A stretch of 45,701 nt of DNA from Candidatus Aenigmarchaeota archaeon LH_S6. Lineage in GTDB: Archaea; Aenigmatarchaeota; Aenigmatarchaeia; QMZS01. Each line of letters opens with the position of its first letter. Within the stretch, counting starts at the first letter, position 1. The DNA lies in NCBI GenBank assembly GCA_023659935.1, contig JAGXOK010000004.1, forward strand, positions 1 to 45,701, written 5' to 3'. A program made the position numbers and the translations under genes. The notes under the pieces are model-generated. The model was not told the origin of the DNA. It saw only the letters and a program-made list of their open reading frames with translations, and did no database searches. Below, one piece after another: positions 10,801-20,008 of this stretch.

Positions 10801-13800
10801 AATAGAAACAGTAGAATACTGGAAAAAGAACGCCACAGATTCTGAATGGTACCATATAGCAAACTCCAGCGGAACTCTATATGTCAATGGAGTTACAGGC
10901 GCAAATCAGACAGTTTATATAACCAACTCCTCAGGAAATGTAATAATTGGAAAAGACTCAGCAGGCAATTATTTCAACGGTACCATTGATGAAGTCAGAA
11001 TTTACAGCAGAACTTTGAGCGCAGAGGAAATCAAAATGCATTATAAGTCTGAGTTCCAGAAATATAATTCCTCAGAGTGGAGGTTTTATGATAATCTCTC
11101 GGTTAAGAATCAAACCCATAAATTCAATTTCTGGACCAATGATACTTTTAATTGGAATTCTACTAAACAGAGAACAATCCATATCAACACCATTTCAATT
11201 TCAAATTTGAGTTTTGAAGATTCTGAGACAATACATGAGTTTAATATTTCTGCAAATGCAACCCATGTAAGTGATAGTTTTACTGACTGTTATATTCACT
11301 GTCCCCAATGTTCTCCAACCACAAAACAAAAAACACCAGTAAATAACTCAGGAATTTGGACTTGTGAGGCACTTGTTAATACCAGTGGAGGAGATTTGGA
11401 AGCAGATGTGGGAACAGATCTAACTCTCAATATCTCTTTTGAGGACAACTATGGAATTGAAAGATATTCAGAATCAGAGACTCATCAGCTACCAAATAGA
11501 GCTCCAGGAATAAAAGATGTTGCTTATACAAATAAGAGTGATGCTCATGGTTTTGATATAAATATTACGGTAAGAGACCCTGATAATGTGACAGATGAAT
11601 TATCTAATTGCAAAATCCATTATAATGCTTCTGGTTCAGAAAATAGTTTTGATGGGAGTCTAAGCTCAACCGAGGGAGGAGTTAATGTTTCCTGTATAGC
11701 AGAAATCACCAACAATTCTGCTTATGTTGATGTTGAGGAAAACATAGAGTTTTGGAGTGTAATTGAAGATACCTCAGGAGCAACAGATACCAGTGCACAT
11801 TACAACAACACCATTATAAACCATGAGCCAACAGTTAGTGCGGGTGCAAGTGCAATATCCGGAGAGCATGCGTTTAATCTTACAGCTTCGGTTAGTGATC
11901 CAGATTCAGATTCCTTAACCTGTAAAGCTTATTTAAATGATACTACTTCTGGTTCTTCCTGTGAAGTAGATATGTCAGGTCCAGTTTCTGGAGATTGTTA
12001 TTTGAAGGTGAATACTTCAACTTGCTCAAATTTCAATGTGGAAGATTGGATAGATTCTGTTGTAGAAGTTGCAGATTCCTGGGATAAAACAAATTCTTCT
12101 TCTGTAAGCCAGCAGATTCCAAACAGGGTTCCAGGGATTCCACAAGATTTAGGTCTACCAATAAATGATTCTTTCAATGATTCCACTCATGTTGTGACCC
12201 ATCATCCTTTAATAAACTGGACAAATCCAGCAGATGATGAAAATGATACAATAGAGATAGAGGCTTGGACCAAAGAACTTTCTGGAAGCTATGAATTTGA
12301 TAATAATATAACTGAAAGTGAAACCATGGAGCTTGGATACGGAGTTCAGTTAGAAGATGGTAAAAATTATACTTTTGAATTGAAAGCCTGTGATAACTGG
12401 GATTGTTCTGAATTTAATGAATCCGGGATCAACTTCACTATTAATACAAATCCAACCATAAACTGGGTAAAAACAGAGCCAGAGAATTTAACTGGTGTAG
12501 ATAATATAAATTTGACAGCGAATGTGACTGATAATGAAAATGACTTAATTGAATGGACAAATTTCACTGTTTACTACCACAATCAATCAATAGCAATAAA
12601 TACAACAGAATTGAGTTTGAATGACTCTACCGATTATCATATCTTAGATTTGCAGAATATAAGCTCAAGTGGAGATGCTAATCTCACAATATTTTATGAG
12701 TATCTGAAAGAGGAGAAAGCAGATGACACCTTGCTGAAAATTAATAACACCACAACAGGAACTCATAAAATAGATGTAGGCAATCTTTTAAATCCAGCTG
12801 AATTAAATGTTTCTTTGGATGGCAAAGGAATTGTGAATTTAAGTATAAATAGTGAATTTGTTACCGAAATAAATGCCTCAGAAGGAAACTATTATAATTC
12901 CTCAATAAATTTGACTCCAAATACAATAAATAATTTTACCTATTCCACAAATGAGTCTGAACAAATAAATATTACAGAAACAAGACTCAAATACTTTAGA
13001 GATAATACCACACAAGTCAAGGTAAATGAGAATGGATTGGGAGAACTTGGATTAAATAAAACAAATACAACCTTCACAAATGTTTCCCAGAGTTGGTTAA
13101 CAGAATCCACCAATATTTCCTATACTGGAGGTTTAATAAACATTACAAATTCAAGTTTAACTTACACCCAGATTTTCTATCTAGAAAAGAATGAAAATGG
13201 AACAAAAAATGGTTATATCTGGGAAATCTATAACCTAAGTTTAAAAGAAAACATAACCTATCAATATGAAGTTAAAAGTTTCGATGGATTTGAAAGTTCC
13301 TCAACTTCTGGAAGTTATATTAGAGGAAATGCTGCTCCAACGGTTGTTTCTGGACCAGATTTTTCTGATATCCCAGGAGAACATGCTTTTGAAACCTATG
13401 CTGTGGGAGAAGATTTGGATGGATGGGATACCTTGAATTGTACAATAAATGTTTCAAACAGCAATAGTTTTGTTCTTACTGGAGATATAACAAATATTTC
13501 GAGCAATAAAATCAATTGTAGTATTGAGATAAACACTTCTCACTTTGATGTTGGAACTCTGGTTGACACTTATTTCATATTTGAGGATGATAAAGGTTCT
13601 ACTGCTAGCAGTCCAACCAAGAGTCAAGAAATTCCAAACCGCAAACCAGAAATAACTTCAATAAATGTTAGTGAGGAAAATCCAACCACAATAATAGATT
13701 TGGGAGTTAACTACAGCTATAATGATCCAGAAGGTGATAATATTTCTTCAGAAGTGTATAAGTGGTATAAAAATGGAAATGGAACTGATCAAACCTCAAA

Positions 13801-16800
13801 GACTTTATCCCACCAAAATACAAAGAAAGGAGAAAATTGGAGTGTTTGCTTAAAACTTATAGATGAGTATGATGCGGTCTCTGATGAAAACTGTTCTGCT
13901 CCTGTAACAATTCAGAATTATCCTCCTGATTTAGAAAGTATAACTGTCAAGGAACATTCAGGACATAGAATTTCAGCTTCAACAATCACAACAGATGAGG
14001 ATAACCAAACCGATTTCAAAAATTCCACTGTTTATTATTCTGACCAAACTAACCAGAGCAGTAAAACCGGAGTATTGGAAATAGATTATGGAACTGATTT
14101 AGAAGCAAGTTGTCACCAAAACATTTCTACTTCAGATGAAACCTGGTTAATTCCAAATCAGAAAATAAATATTACCATAGAAGTTTGTGATGGGAATTTA
14201 ACTAATGGATTATCTAATCCAGGAAACTGCTCCAATATAACAACAGAAAATGTTGTAGTTCCAAATGTTGTTCCAACAATTTCTTTAAGCACTCCAATTA
14301 ATAGTACAAACTCAACAAATAAAACCATTGAATTTGATTGGAGCGGTTCTGATAAAGATTCAGATAATCTAACCTATAATTTGACTATTTATAACAGAAC
14401 CGGAGATTTGGTAAATGAAACAAATACAACAAATGAGAGTGATGTAATAAATCTGACCGATGGGGTCTACCATTGGAATGTTTCTGTAACAGATTTGTTT
14501 GATGGAACAGAACTAAATACAACAAATTCAGAGACAAGAAAATTAACAATAGACACAACCCCTCCAGAATTGATAAATTCAAGTTGTAATATTACCACAC
14601 AAAATAGAACAGAAGAAAATGTAACCAACAGAACAATAACTGTAACCCAAGGAGATAACATTACCTGTATTCTGGAATTTAGGGATAACTCTCAGGAATG
14701 GGAAGTAGGTGGATTAAATAATGCAACTTTGAATATAAGCTATGAGAGTAAAGAAAATGAAACAAGAAATTTAAATTTCTCCAAAAACAAAACAGAATTT
14801 AATTTAACAAATTTACATGCAGGTTTCGCTTTCCTAAATTTAACTGTTTTTGACTGGCTTGGAAATAATAACTGGACAAAGATAAACATAACAGTAAATG
14901 ATACAGAAAGCCCAAATATCACTTCAATATCCCACTCTCCAACAAGTTTAGCAGATTTAGACCCAGAGGTAAATATTACCCTTTCAGCAAAGATAACAGA
15001 TAATTTGGAAGTGGAGAAAGTTTTAGTTTACTATAGAAGGAATGATTCTTTAGGTTCAACAAACTGGAGTTCAACAGAGATGAATTTGAGTTCAGGAAAT
15101 AACAGAAATGGAACTTATGAAATAGAATTAGAGAATTGGACCAAAGGAAACTGGAGTTATTATGTTTTAGCCAACGATACTTATAATAACATTTTCAATT
15201 ATTCTTCAGAATACAACCTAACCAAATTGTTGCAGGTATGGGATGATTATACAATCTCAGTGGATATTTCCGGAGTTCCAGATACTGCAATAATCAACCA
15301 GAATTTCACTCTTGGAACAGTTAATTTTGATGATAGTGGGGACTTTAATTATACTTGTGGTTTGCCAAATTCTAGTTCTGTAAAAGTGACACCAACAGGA
15401 AGTATTGGAAACTTTATTCTTAACTCTTCTTCTATTGACTTGGAGCCAGCAGAAACAAAGACAAGAGAAATAAATGCAACAGGAAAGAAATTAGGAATTG
15501 CAAGTGTAGAAATTCCAGTTGATTGCTCTTGCTTGAATTGTACAGAAAATAATTCTGATTATACTACAACAATAAACTTGGAGCCAGAAATAAAAATAAT
15601 AGCACCAGGCCCTTATTTTGAACTTACTGGAACTTCAAAAATAGAAAAAGTAAAAGCTGGAGATTCTACAGATTTGATTGTAGGAATAGAGAATATTGGA
15701 AATGAAACTGGGATTAATACATCTGTTTTCTTTACATCACCCTCAGGTTTTTCGGTAGCACCCACAAAAAGGAGTGTAAGTTCTTTTAGTTATGAGTCTG
15801 GAGAGAATTATAAGACCTACTCTTATACAATTTCGGTTTCAGATAAGGTCCCAACTGGAAATTATCTTCTTTATTTAAATACAAATTGCTCAAACTGTGT
15901 AGATGCTCAAAAATTTGGACTACCAAAAATACCAGTAGAGAATCCAAGTATAGAAGAAGTTTCCAAAACAGTACCTACTGGAGGTGGAGCAGCACCAACA
16001 CCAGCACCTACAGGATTAACAATAGAGCAAAAAAAGAAATTGATGCAAACCGAAGAAACTTTAGAGGTTGTTAGAAAAGAGCAAAAAAACTTCACTCTAA
16101 CAGTAGAAAACATTTTTGATGGTCCAATGGAAGATGTGCATGTAAATGTTTCTGGATATCTCTCTCAATATTTATCTTTAGATTCAGAATATGTAGAGTC
16201 TATACCAATAAATAAAAGTTATGATTTCACAGTTCAGATTACAGCCCCTAAATATTTCACTAGAGGAACATACTATTTAAACTTCACAATTAATGCAACA
16301 ATAAATGAGACAACAATAAAAAATAATATAACAAGAAAGAAACTTACAGACTTAAAAGAGAACCGATTAGTAACCTTAATCATCCATGAGATTTCAAAGG
16401 CTGAGGCAGAGAAAAATTTGAACAAAAGTAAAGAAGTTTTGGAAGAATTTAATAAATCAAACTTTTATTCAAAAGATATAGAAGAATCTATAAAAGAAAT
16501 AGAAGAATCTATAGAAAATAAAAACTATATAAAAACAAAGAATACAATTGAAAAAATTTTGGATAGTAAAGAGAAAGCTTTTTCAAGTAAAGAAGGAATT
16601 AATGAAACACAAAGTTTAATTCAGAAAGCAGAAGAAAGAGAGATAAAAGTTGAAAAAACAAAGAGACTTCTAAATTTGGCAAAGGCTGCTTTTGCAAGAG
16701 GAGATTACACAACATCTCTATCAAGAACACAGGAAGCAAAATTAACTTATGCAGCAGAAACAAAAGGAGAGTTTTCTATAGGTTATTTCATAAAAGAAAA

Positions 16801-17521
16801 CTGGGGTAAATTAGGAATTTTAACAGCAGTCTTAATATTATTGTCTATAGGAATATTCTTTGAACTAAAATTATCTAGGATAAAACTAAAGTTAAGGAAT
16901 TTGAAGAAAGAAGAAGGCATTTTAATAGGATTAATAAAGGAAGCCCAGAAAGAATGCTTTGAACTTAAAAAACTTTCAATGGATGAATACATAGATGAAA
17001 TGAAGCAATATGAAAAGAGATTAAGCACAGTGGTTTCAAGTATGATTTCATATGAAACAAAAAAAGCAAATATATTTAGATTTGGAGGAGTAGAAAAAGC
17101 ACTGAGACTAGAAAGAAACAGACTACTTAAACTAATGTCAGAAATGCAGAAAGCCTATTTAGAGAAAGGTGAGTTAGAGACTAGAATCTATGAAGACAGA
17201 TTGAAAAGTTATGCAAAGAGATTTTCAGAGATACAGGAGAAAATTACAACCTTGGAAGCAGAAAAAGAAATTAGGAGAAAAACAGGGATTAGATCCAAGT
17301 TTAGAAAGTTGGTAGTTGGAATTCTATCCTGGAAACCAAAGTTATGGACTAAGTTGAAAAAAAGAAAAAAACTTGAGAAACAGGGAAAGGAAAAAATTGG
17401 TAGGAAGCGAGGGATTAAGTTAGCAGAAAGATTCAGAAATTTTGAAGGAAAGAGAAAAGAACTGAAAGAAAAGGCAAAAAAATTAAAAAAAAGTATATTT
17501 AGAAGGTGGTTTAAAAAATGA
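4859..17521 (+). CDS. Giant (~4,220 aa) membrane-anchored surface glycoprotein/adhesin with LamG-like, DUF2341-like and Ig-like domains
   Basis: N-terminal signal peptide; three LamG-like motifs (GKFG.AL.FDG.DDY...FNGTIDEVRIY); WW/WY..YRK..IT DUF2341-like starts; DTTPP linkers; dense N-x-S/T sequons; TM helix near 16802-16862; charged cytoplasmic tail. ATG 4859 preferred over TTG 4853. Confidence 0.85.
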   Translation: MEKYFKSVFSPTNKFKLLSVSILMILLFVLPMIFAKDGNLAPEYSKAGVNVSMLWFNVSNTSNTGNTLDNVTINQTGTASDSNITAVRVLNETSDIINETSDPAFPITLGINLAITEMRNWSIQFELNSSATNGTTIQSNVTDIHNETNVTYSALPYTSDITTIDTIPPTINFTSPTEPNGTTISRNWTEVNVTIDESDLGTFRFNWNTTNYTFYNDSLVLGMNLNNNSAIGENSTLAVDISKYGNNGTIEKLSEWWNESFKYRKNPTITNNNDTNLTAGDPLNFTIDTESLTDAGKLLANGSDLRITNGTTEINRTNSTEFNSSDTMIWFNAQEQIDGGTSTSDYYVYYGNSEAGTPGTGGITTEQSYNLTVDKGVENVIRAQYVDGKFGKALSFDGTDDYVEITNDPSLSPTDITISAWIKRRSEDTKDCIFHRGDWASADGDLVFFGVMASTDTESNKLQFSIEDPDGTANRLHSNTSILKNEWYYVVATRDSSNMKVYVNGELDASSGTASMATSQTNHLIGIHYYDGAISTDKAFNGTIDEVRIYNQSLSSDEIKIHYKSEFQKYNSTQYRFYDNVTDSDGTYTYYGWANDTAGNTNKTETKTITLDTTPPEIQFVSLTTETGNHSQDWISANVTASDSGVELDTINLTLWNSTGLYQENTTSDTQIYINYTGLPDDTYYLNATANDTLGNIGQKIRTILLDTTPPTTNATAVKEDGTDYTFDTWTNSSYVNVTLNCSDSGSGCDITQYCNDTANNCTPNWYYPWDYRKQINITGRNFTTTGTNSTLLEVDSNSLAHFIQIHDLNNQSSEYTNLTVEYENDTATEDATVYVNTHQLGTVPLSQDTYTFTNVSQSWLTEANPVNITYSSTGLINITQSTLLYFITNVSDYQVNISVPYDSDMQVDFDDLRFTYLNDTTEQEIPYWIGKNTEIVENSTQLDTTSSASHFVSLEDWLSSRNATLTTTYLNDSMSNTTTVYVEGNSLGTLPLTTDSYTFTNVSQSWLDSSTNITYSTNGTANITKSSLEYYLNKSKTWVKVPFIEANSQETLYMYYGNPSAPSASNGTKTFETFDDFNRPDGPIDGNWSIWEDTLEANVSSNQAKITETSDFGHFQPVVTSPVLDDIAIHTKLLYDGPAGDGPGVVFRAQDLDNLYDFELDIDDDSVIGRKIVSGSSTGMDTGSVSLSYGTWYELKSTILGETFTAFLDGTQICQFNSSDFASGKTGIGIWENAETNQYALFDDYFVHKYATPEPTYTIGSEETSNFQITTEGTSYIRFRSKDILGNSEETKNETIKIDTTPPTISITYPSSDSVVNNYIINGTSTDLTLNYTNISIKQGGTIINSTTNSSENWSVSLYAPDGVYNITATAYDGVGYSNSTTNTNITIDTTSPSLNFTPPTEPNGTTINRSWTEANITIDEPNLDTFKFNWNTTNYTFYNDSLVLGMNLNNNSAIGENSTKAVDISKQQNDGTINGAVWDSSGKFGPALSFDGIDDYINISSLSTIETVEYWKKNATDSEWYHLANSSGTLYVNGVTGTNQTVYITNSSGNVIIGKDSAGNYFNGTIDEVRIYSRTLSAEEIKMHYKSEFQKYNSSEWRFYDNVTNQADGIYTYYGWANDTLGHTNQTETRTILLDTTNPEIQFVSPTTETGNHSQDWISANLTASDPNLDTLTLSLYNSTGLYQENTTSDTQIYINYTGLPDDTYYLNATVNDTAEKENKTETRTILLDTTEPNMSWEYPTPDNNSYKTENYIEINLTIDEPHFDSFKFNWHNGTNWTNSSFYDSNLVLGLNFNNNSAIGENSTKVVDISKYGNNGAIAKPSDWWNESFKYRKKLTITNNNATNLTIGEPINFTLDTASLVSTGKLLANGDDLRIVCSGDEVNRTNTTSFNSTATEIWFKSCVQIDAGEDSGDNFYIYYGNSEAGAPETGGITTEQNFNLSQSIGPENIIRAQWTTGRFGKGLEFDGIDDYINISSLSTIETVEYWKKNATDSEWYHIANSSGTLYVNGVTGANQTVYITNSSGNVIIGKDSAGNYFNGTIDEVRIYSRTLSAEEIKMHYKSEFQKYNSSEWRFYDNLSVKNQTHKFNFWTNDTFNWNSTKQRTIHINTISISNLSFEDSETIHEFNISANATHVSDSFTDCYIHCPQCSPTTKQKTPVNNSGIWTCEALVNTSGGDLEADVGTDLTLNISFEDNYGIERYSESETHQLPNRAPGIKDVAYTNKSDAHGFDINITVRDPDNVTDELSNCKIHYNASGSENSFDGSLSSTEGGVNVSCIAEITNNSAYVDVEENIEFWSVIEDTSGATDTSAHYNNTIINHEPTVSAGASAISGEHAFNLTASVSDPDSDSLTCKAYLNDTTSGSSCEVDMSGPVSGDCYLKVNTSTCSNFNVEDWIDSVVEVADSWDKTNSSSVSQQIPNRVPGIPQDLGLPINDSFNDSTHVVTHHPLINWTNPADDENDTIEIEAWTKELSGSYEFDNNITESETMELGYGVQLEDGKNYTFELKACDNWDCSEFNESGINFTINTNPTINWVKTEPENLTGVDNINLTANVTDNENDLIEWTNFTVYYHNQSIAINTTELSLNDSTDYHILDLQNISSSGDANLTIFYEYLKEEKADDTLLKINNTTTGTHKIDVGNLLNPAELNVSLDGKGIVNLSINSEFVTEINASEGNYYNSSINLTPNTINNFTYSTNESEQINITETRLKYFRDNTTQVKVNENGLGELGLNKTNTTFTNVSQSWLTESTNISYTGGLINITNSSLTYTQIFYLEKNENGTKNGYIWEIYNLSLKENITYQYEVKSFDGFESSSTSGSYIRGNAAPTVVSGPDFSDIPGEHAFETYAVGEDLDGWDTLNCTINVSNSNSFVLTGDITNISSNKINCSIEINTSHFDVGTLVDTYFIFEDDKGSTASSPTKSQEIPNRKPEITSINVSEENPTTIIDLGVNYSYNDPEGDNISSEVYKWYKNGNGTDQTSKTLSHQNTKKGENWSVCLKLIDEYDAVSDENCSAPVTIQNYPPDLESITVKEHSGHRISASTITTDEDNQTDFKNSTVYYSDQTNQSSKTGVLEIDYGTDLEASCHQNISTSDETWLIPNQKINITIEVCDGNLTNGLSNPGNCSNITTENVVVPNVVPTISLSTPINSTNSTNKTIEFDWSGSDKDSDNLTYNLTIYNRTGDLVNETNTTNESDVINLTDGVYHWNVSVTDLFDGTELNTTNSETRKLTIDTTPPELINSSCNITTQNRTEENVTNRTITVTQGDNITCILEFRDNSQEWEVGGLNNATLNISYESKENETRNLNFSKNKTEFNLTNLHAGFAFLNLTVFDWLGNNNWTKINITVNDTESPNITSISHSPTSLADLDPEVNITLSAKITDNLEVEKVLVYYRRNDSLGSTNWSSTEMNLSSGNNRNGTYEIELENWTKGNWSYYVLANDTYNNIFNYSSEYNLTKLLQVWDDYTISVDISGVPDTAIINQNFTLGTVNFDDSGDFNYTCGLPNSSSVKVTPTGSIGNFILNSSSIDLEPAETKTREINATGKKLGIASVEIPVDCSCLNCTENNSDYTTTINLEPEIKIIAPGPYFELTGTSKIEKVKAGDSTDLIVGIENIGNETGINTSVFFTSPSGFSVAPTKRSVSSFSYESGENYKTYSYTISVSDKVPTGNYLLYLNTNCSNCVDAQKFGLPKIPVENPSIEEVSKTVPTGGGAAPTPAPTGLTIEQKKKLMQTEETLEVVRKEQKNFTLTVENIFDGPMEDVHVNVSGYLSQYLSLDSEYVESIPINKSYDFTVQITAPKYFTRGTYYLNFTINATINETTIKNNITRKKLTDLKENRLVTLIIHEISKAEAEKNLNKSKEVLEEFNKSNFYSKDIEESIKEIEESIENKNYIKTKNTIEKILDSKEKAFSSKEGINETQSLIQKAEEREIKVEKTKRLLNLAKAAFARGDYTTSLSRTQEAKLTYAAETKGEFSIGYFIKENWGKLGILTAVLILLSIGIFFELKLSRIKLKLRNLKKEEGILIGLIKEAQKECFELKKLSMDEYIDEMKQYEKRLSTVVSSMISYETKKANIFRFGGVEKALRLERNRLLKLMSEMQKAYLEKGELETRIYEDRLKSYAKRFSEIQEKITTLEAEKEIRRKTGIRSKFRKLVVGILSWKPKLWTKLKKRKKLEKQGKEKIGRKRGIKLAERFRNFEGKRKELKEKAKKLKKSIFRRWFKK
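9332..11095 (+). repeat. Near-identical intragenic duplication of a short LamG module (9332-9670 and 10757-11095)
   Basis: Offset 1425 bp, with mostly synonymous differences. Other duplicated blocks: about 6704-6985 vs 9779-10055, 5372-5605 vs 9047-9285, 5624-6010 vs 10334-10722. Confidence 0.9.
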
Positions 17522-18624
17522 TAAGAAATATTTTTTGTTTGTTTTTAACTTTTCTTTTAATACTAACCCCTGTTTTTGGTTTATCTGATGAAGCAATAGG
17601 GACCAATAACAGTTTGAGTAAGGCAGAATTTAAAATTAAGGAGATGAAAGAAGCAAATTTATCTACAGAGAGGGTTTCTGATATTTATCTCAAGGCAAAA
17701 CAGTTGTATGAGGCACAGGTCGCCCTAGAAAAAGCAGGAGGGAAACCTGATTATTCTCTTGCAAAAGAGAAGATAAAAAAAATAGAAGATTTAAAAGAAA
17801 AAGCCTTTCTTTTAGCAGATGAATTAAAAGCATTAAAGTTGAGAATAAAAGAAAGTGATGTTAATACAACTAAAGCTGAGATTATTTACTCTGAGGCTCT
17901 TAAAGAATTTGAAGATGAGAGGTATGAGAAGGCAAAGAAGTTAATAGAGAAAACTTATACAAAATTATCTGAGTTAGAATCCACTGCAGCAAGAATAGGA
18001 GCTTTTTATGAAGCAGTATCAAAAACCTTTGAGAATTTCATCAGAGAAAATTTTAAGAAAATAATTTCTGTTATTCTTATAATCTCAGTAACTCTTATAA
18101 TCTTACGTAACAGAATAAAAATTTACAGATTAAAAAAGAAATTAAGATTGTTAGAATTAAGAAAAGAGATTCTAAAAAAATTAATTAAAAGAACTCAGAG
18201 TGATTATTTTGAAAAAGGGAGACTTGGAGAGAACAGTTACACAGTAAGAACAGATAAGTTCGGAGAACTTATAAGAGATATTAACAGACAAATTCCTCTA
18301 GTTAAGGCTAATATTGCTAAGGTGGAAAAACCTGAAAGAAGGAGAGAGGAAAAAAAAGAAAATCTGATTAAGAGAGGGATTCGGAAAATGGATGAAAAAA
18401 AGAAAAAACAATCAGAGAGACAGCGAATAAAAGAAAAGGAGAGAGGAAAGAAAACAAAAGAGAAAGTAGAGAAATTGGAAGATAGAGATTTAGAGAAAAT
18501 AACTAAAGATCTTTTAGAAATCCAGAAGAAACAGAAGAAGCCAAGGAATCCTGTAAAAAGAATTTTTTATGAAATAGATGTTTATCGAAGAAGAAAAAGA
18601 TTAAAAAGAAAATTAAAGAGCTAA
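17518..18624 (+). CDS. Signal-peptide, single-TM coiled-coil membrane protein resembling the C-terminus of the giant protein
   Basis: ATGA overlap with the giant gene; signal peptide; helical ectodomain; TM IISVILIISVTLIIL; QSDYFEKGRLGENSY motif. Confidence 0.75.
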   Translation: MIRNIFCLFLTFLLILTPVFGLSDEAIGTNNSLSKAEFKIKEMKEANLSTERVSDIYLKAKQLYEAQVALEKAGGKPDYSLAKEKIKKIEDLKEKAFLLADELKALKLRIKESDVNTTKAEIIYSEALKEFEDERYEKAKKLIEKTYTKLSELESTAARIGAFYEAVSKTFENFIRENFKKIISVILIISVTLIILRNRIKIYRLKKKLRLLELRKEILKKLIKRTQSDYFEKGRLGENSYTVRTDKFGELIRDINRQIPLVKANIAKVEKPERRREEKKENLIKRGIRKMDEKKKKQSERQRIKEKERGKKTKEKVEKLEDRDLEKITKDLLEIQKKQKKPRNPVKRIFYEIDVYRRRKRLKRKLKS

Positions 18625-18634
18625 TTTTTAATGG

Positions 18635-19417
18635 CTATGTAAGTGAGAACCTAGTCTTTATATTTTCACCAATTATTAAGTTAGGATATACAACAATACC
18701 TTTGTTTTCAACAATTTTCATTTCAACAATTTTTCTTTTAATGTTTATTCCCCTCATCTTTAAAACTTCCAGGGCAGAACTTCTTTTCCCATATTTGTCT
18801 AAAATATCATAAAGAACAATAATTCCATCTGCAAGAAAACTTACAGCCTCACCTTTTTCTGAATAAGACGTTCTGAGATGCGTTGGATGAGTAACTTCTC
18901 TGATTAAAAAACTTGTAATATTGCTTCTCTCCAAATACCTGAAAAATTGCTCCATATAAATTCTAAACCTACTTTCTCTTCCACTAAAAGCTGCTGCTAT
19001 TGCTGACAGACTATCTACAATAACGATATCAGGACTAAAATCTTTTGGCATCAAAATAGGGTGTATATCAATTAATAATTCTCTTTTAGCCTCAGAAAGC
19101 ATGGCTTCAACAGATCTTGAAATATCTATTGCTCTGAATCTTTCTAATCTTAGTAATCCTTGTTTTTCAAATTTTTCTGGATTCCAGTTAAATCCATGCA
19201 TATGTTCTTTTAATTTTCTTTCTGGCTCCTCAAAACTCATATACAAAACCTTTTTTCCTCTCAAACAAGCATTATTAGCAATTTGTAAACAAAAAATTGT
19301 TTTACCAGAACCAGGACCTCCTTCAACTAGCACACTTGAACCGATTGGAATTCCTTTTCTAATTAATTTATCAAATCCTTTTATTCCAGATTTGGAAAAT
19401 TTTTCTTTAGTATCCAT
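18635..19417 (-). CDS. KaiC/RAD55-family RecA-superfamily ATPase (single domain)
   Basis: SGIKGFDKLI..GIP, Walker A GGPGSGKT, SFEE, IVDS, LEVLKMRG. Likely start is MDTKEK at 19417. Confidence 0.88.
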   Translation of the reverse strand: MDTKEKFSKSGIKGFDKLIRKGIPIGSSVLVEGGPGSGKTIFCLQIANNACLRGKKVLYMSFEEPERKLKEHMHGFNWNPEKFEKQGLLRLERFRAIDISRSVEAMLSEAKRELLIDIHPILMPKDFSPDIVIVDSLSAIAAAFSGRESRFRIYMEQFFRYLERSNITSFLIREVTHPTHLRTSYSEKGEAVSFLADGIIVLYDILDKYGKRSSALEVLKMRGINIKRKIVEMKIVENKGIVVYPNLIIGENIKTRFSLT

Positions 19418-19567
19418 AATTATATTTATATAATATATAAGAATAAGTTTTACTTTTTTATATTTAATAAATGGCAAAATACAATCTAACAGGTTTTTGA
19501 TTGCTTATAAATAATATGGATTCAGAAACAAAACTTTTAAACACTAACTTATATTTTCCTCTTAATT

Positions 19568-20008
19568 ATGGACGCAGAAATAAAGGCAAAACTTAAGGAA
19601 TTAGAACAAAAAAAATGGATGAAATCTAATCTTATTTTTGAAGTTCTTGGTACAACTCAGGAAATTGTTGAGAAAAGTCTGAGAGAACATATTGAAAAAC
19701 TTGAAAAAATAAAAACAATTTTTTTATACAAAAAGAACTTTAGCAAAATAGAAGAAGTTAAGAAGCCAATGAAAAAAGTAGAAAAGGGTTATTCCCAGAT
19801 TGTAGAAACTGATGTAATGGTTAAAGACTTAAAAACTTTAATAATGATAGCAATTTCTTATGGACCAAGTTCAATTGAAGTTTTGGAACCTAAAAAAATT
19901 GAGATTTCAGCAGGTGAAATACAAGATATTTCTAATATGATATCTGGTATTATTCACAAATTTGCTGCTTCCGGTCTTGGAGGAGTTATTGCAACCCCAA
20001 AAAAATGA
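19568..20008 (+). CDS. Hypothetical protein, coupled to pth2
   Basis: 146-aa ORF with typical composition, YGPSSIEVLEP motif, ATGA overlap with the next gene. Confidence 0.7.
   Translation: MDAEIKAKLKELEQKKWMKSNLIFEVLGTTQEIVEKSLREHIEKLEKIKTIFLYKKNFSKIEEVKKPMKKVEKGYSQIVETDVMVKDLKTLIMIAISYGPSSIEVLEPKKIEISAGEIQDISNMISGIIHKFAASGLGGVIATPKK

Noticed and set aside
9332-11095. Possible diversity-generating retroelement template/variable repeat pair
   Set aside because: Differences are mostly synonymous transitions rather than adenine-specific, both copies are coding, and there is no reverse transcriptase in the window.
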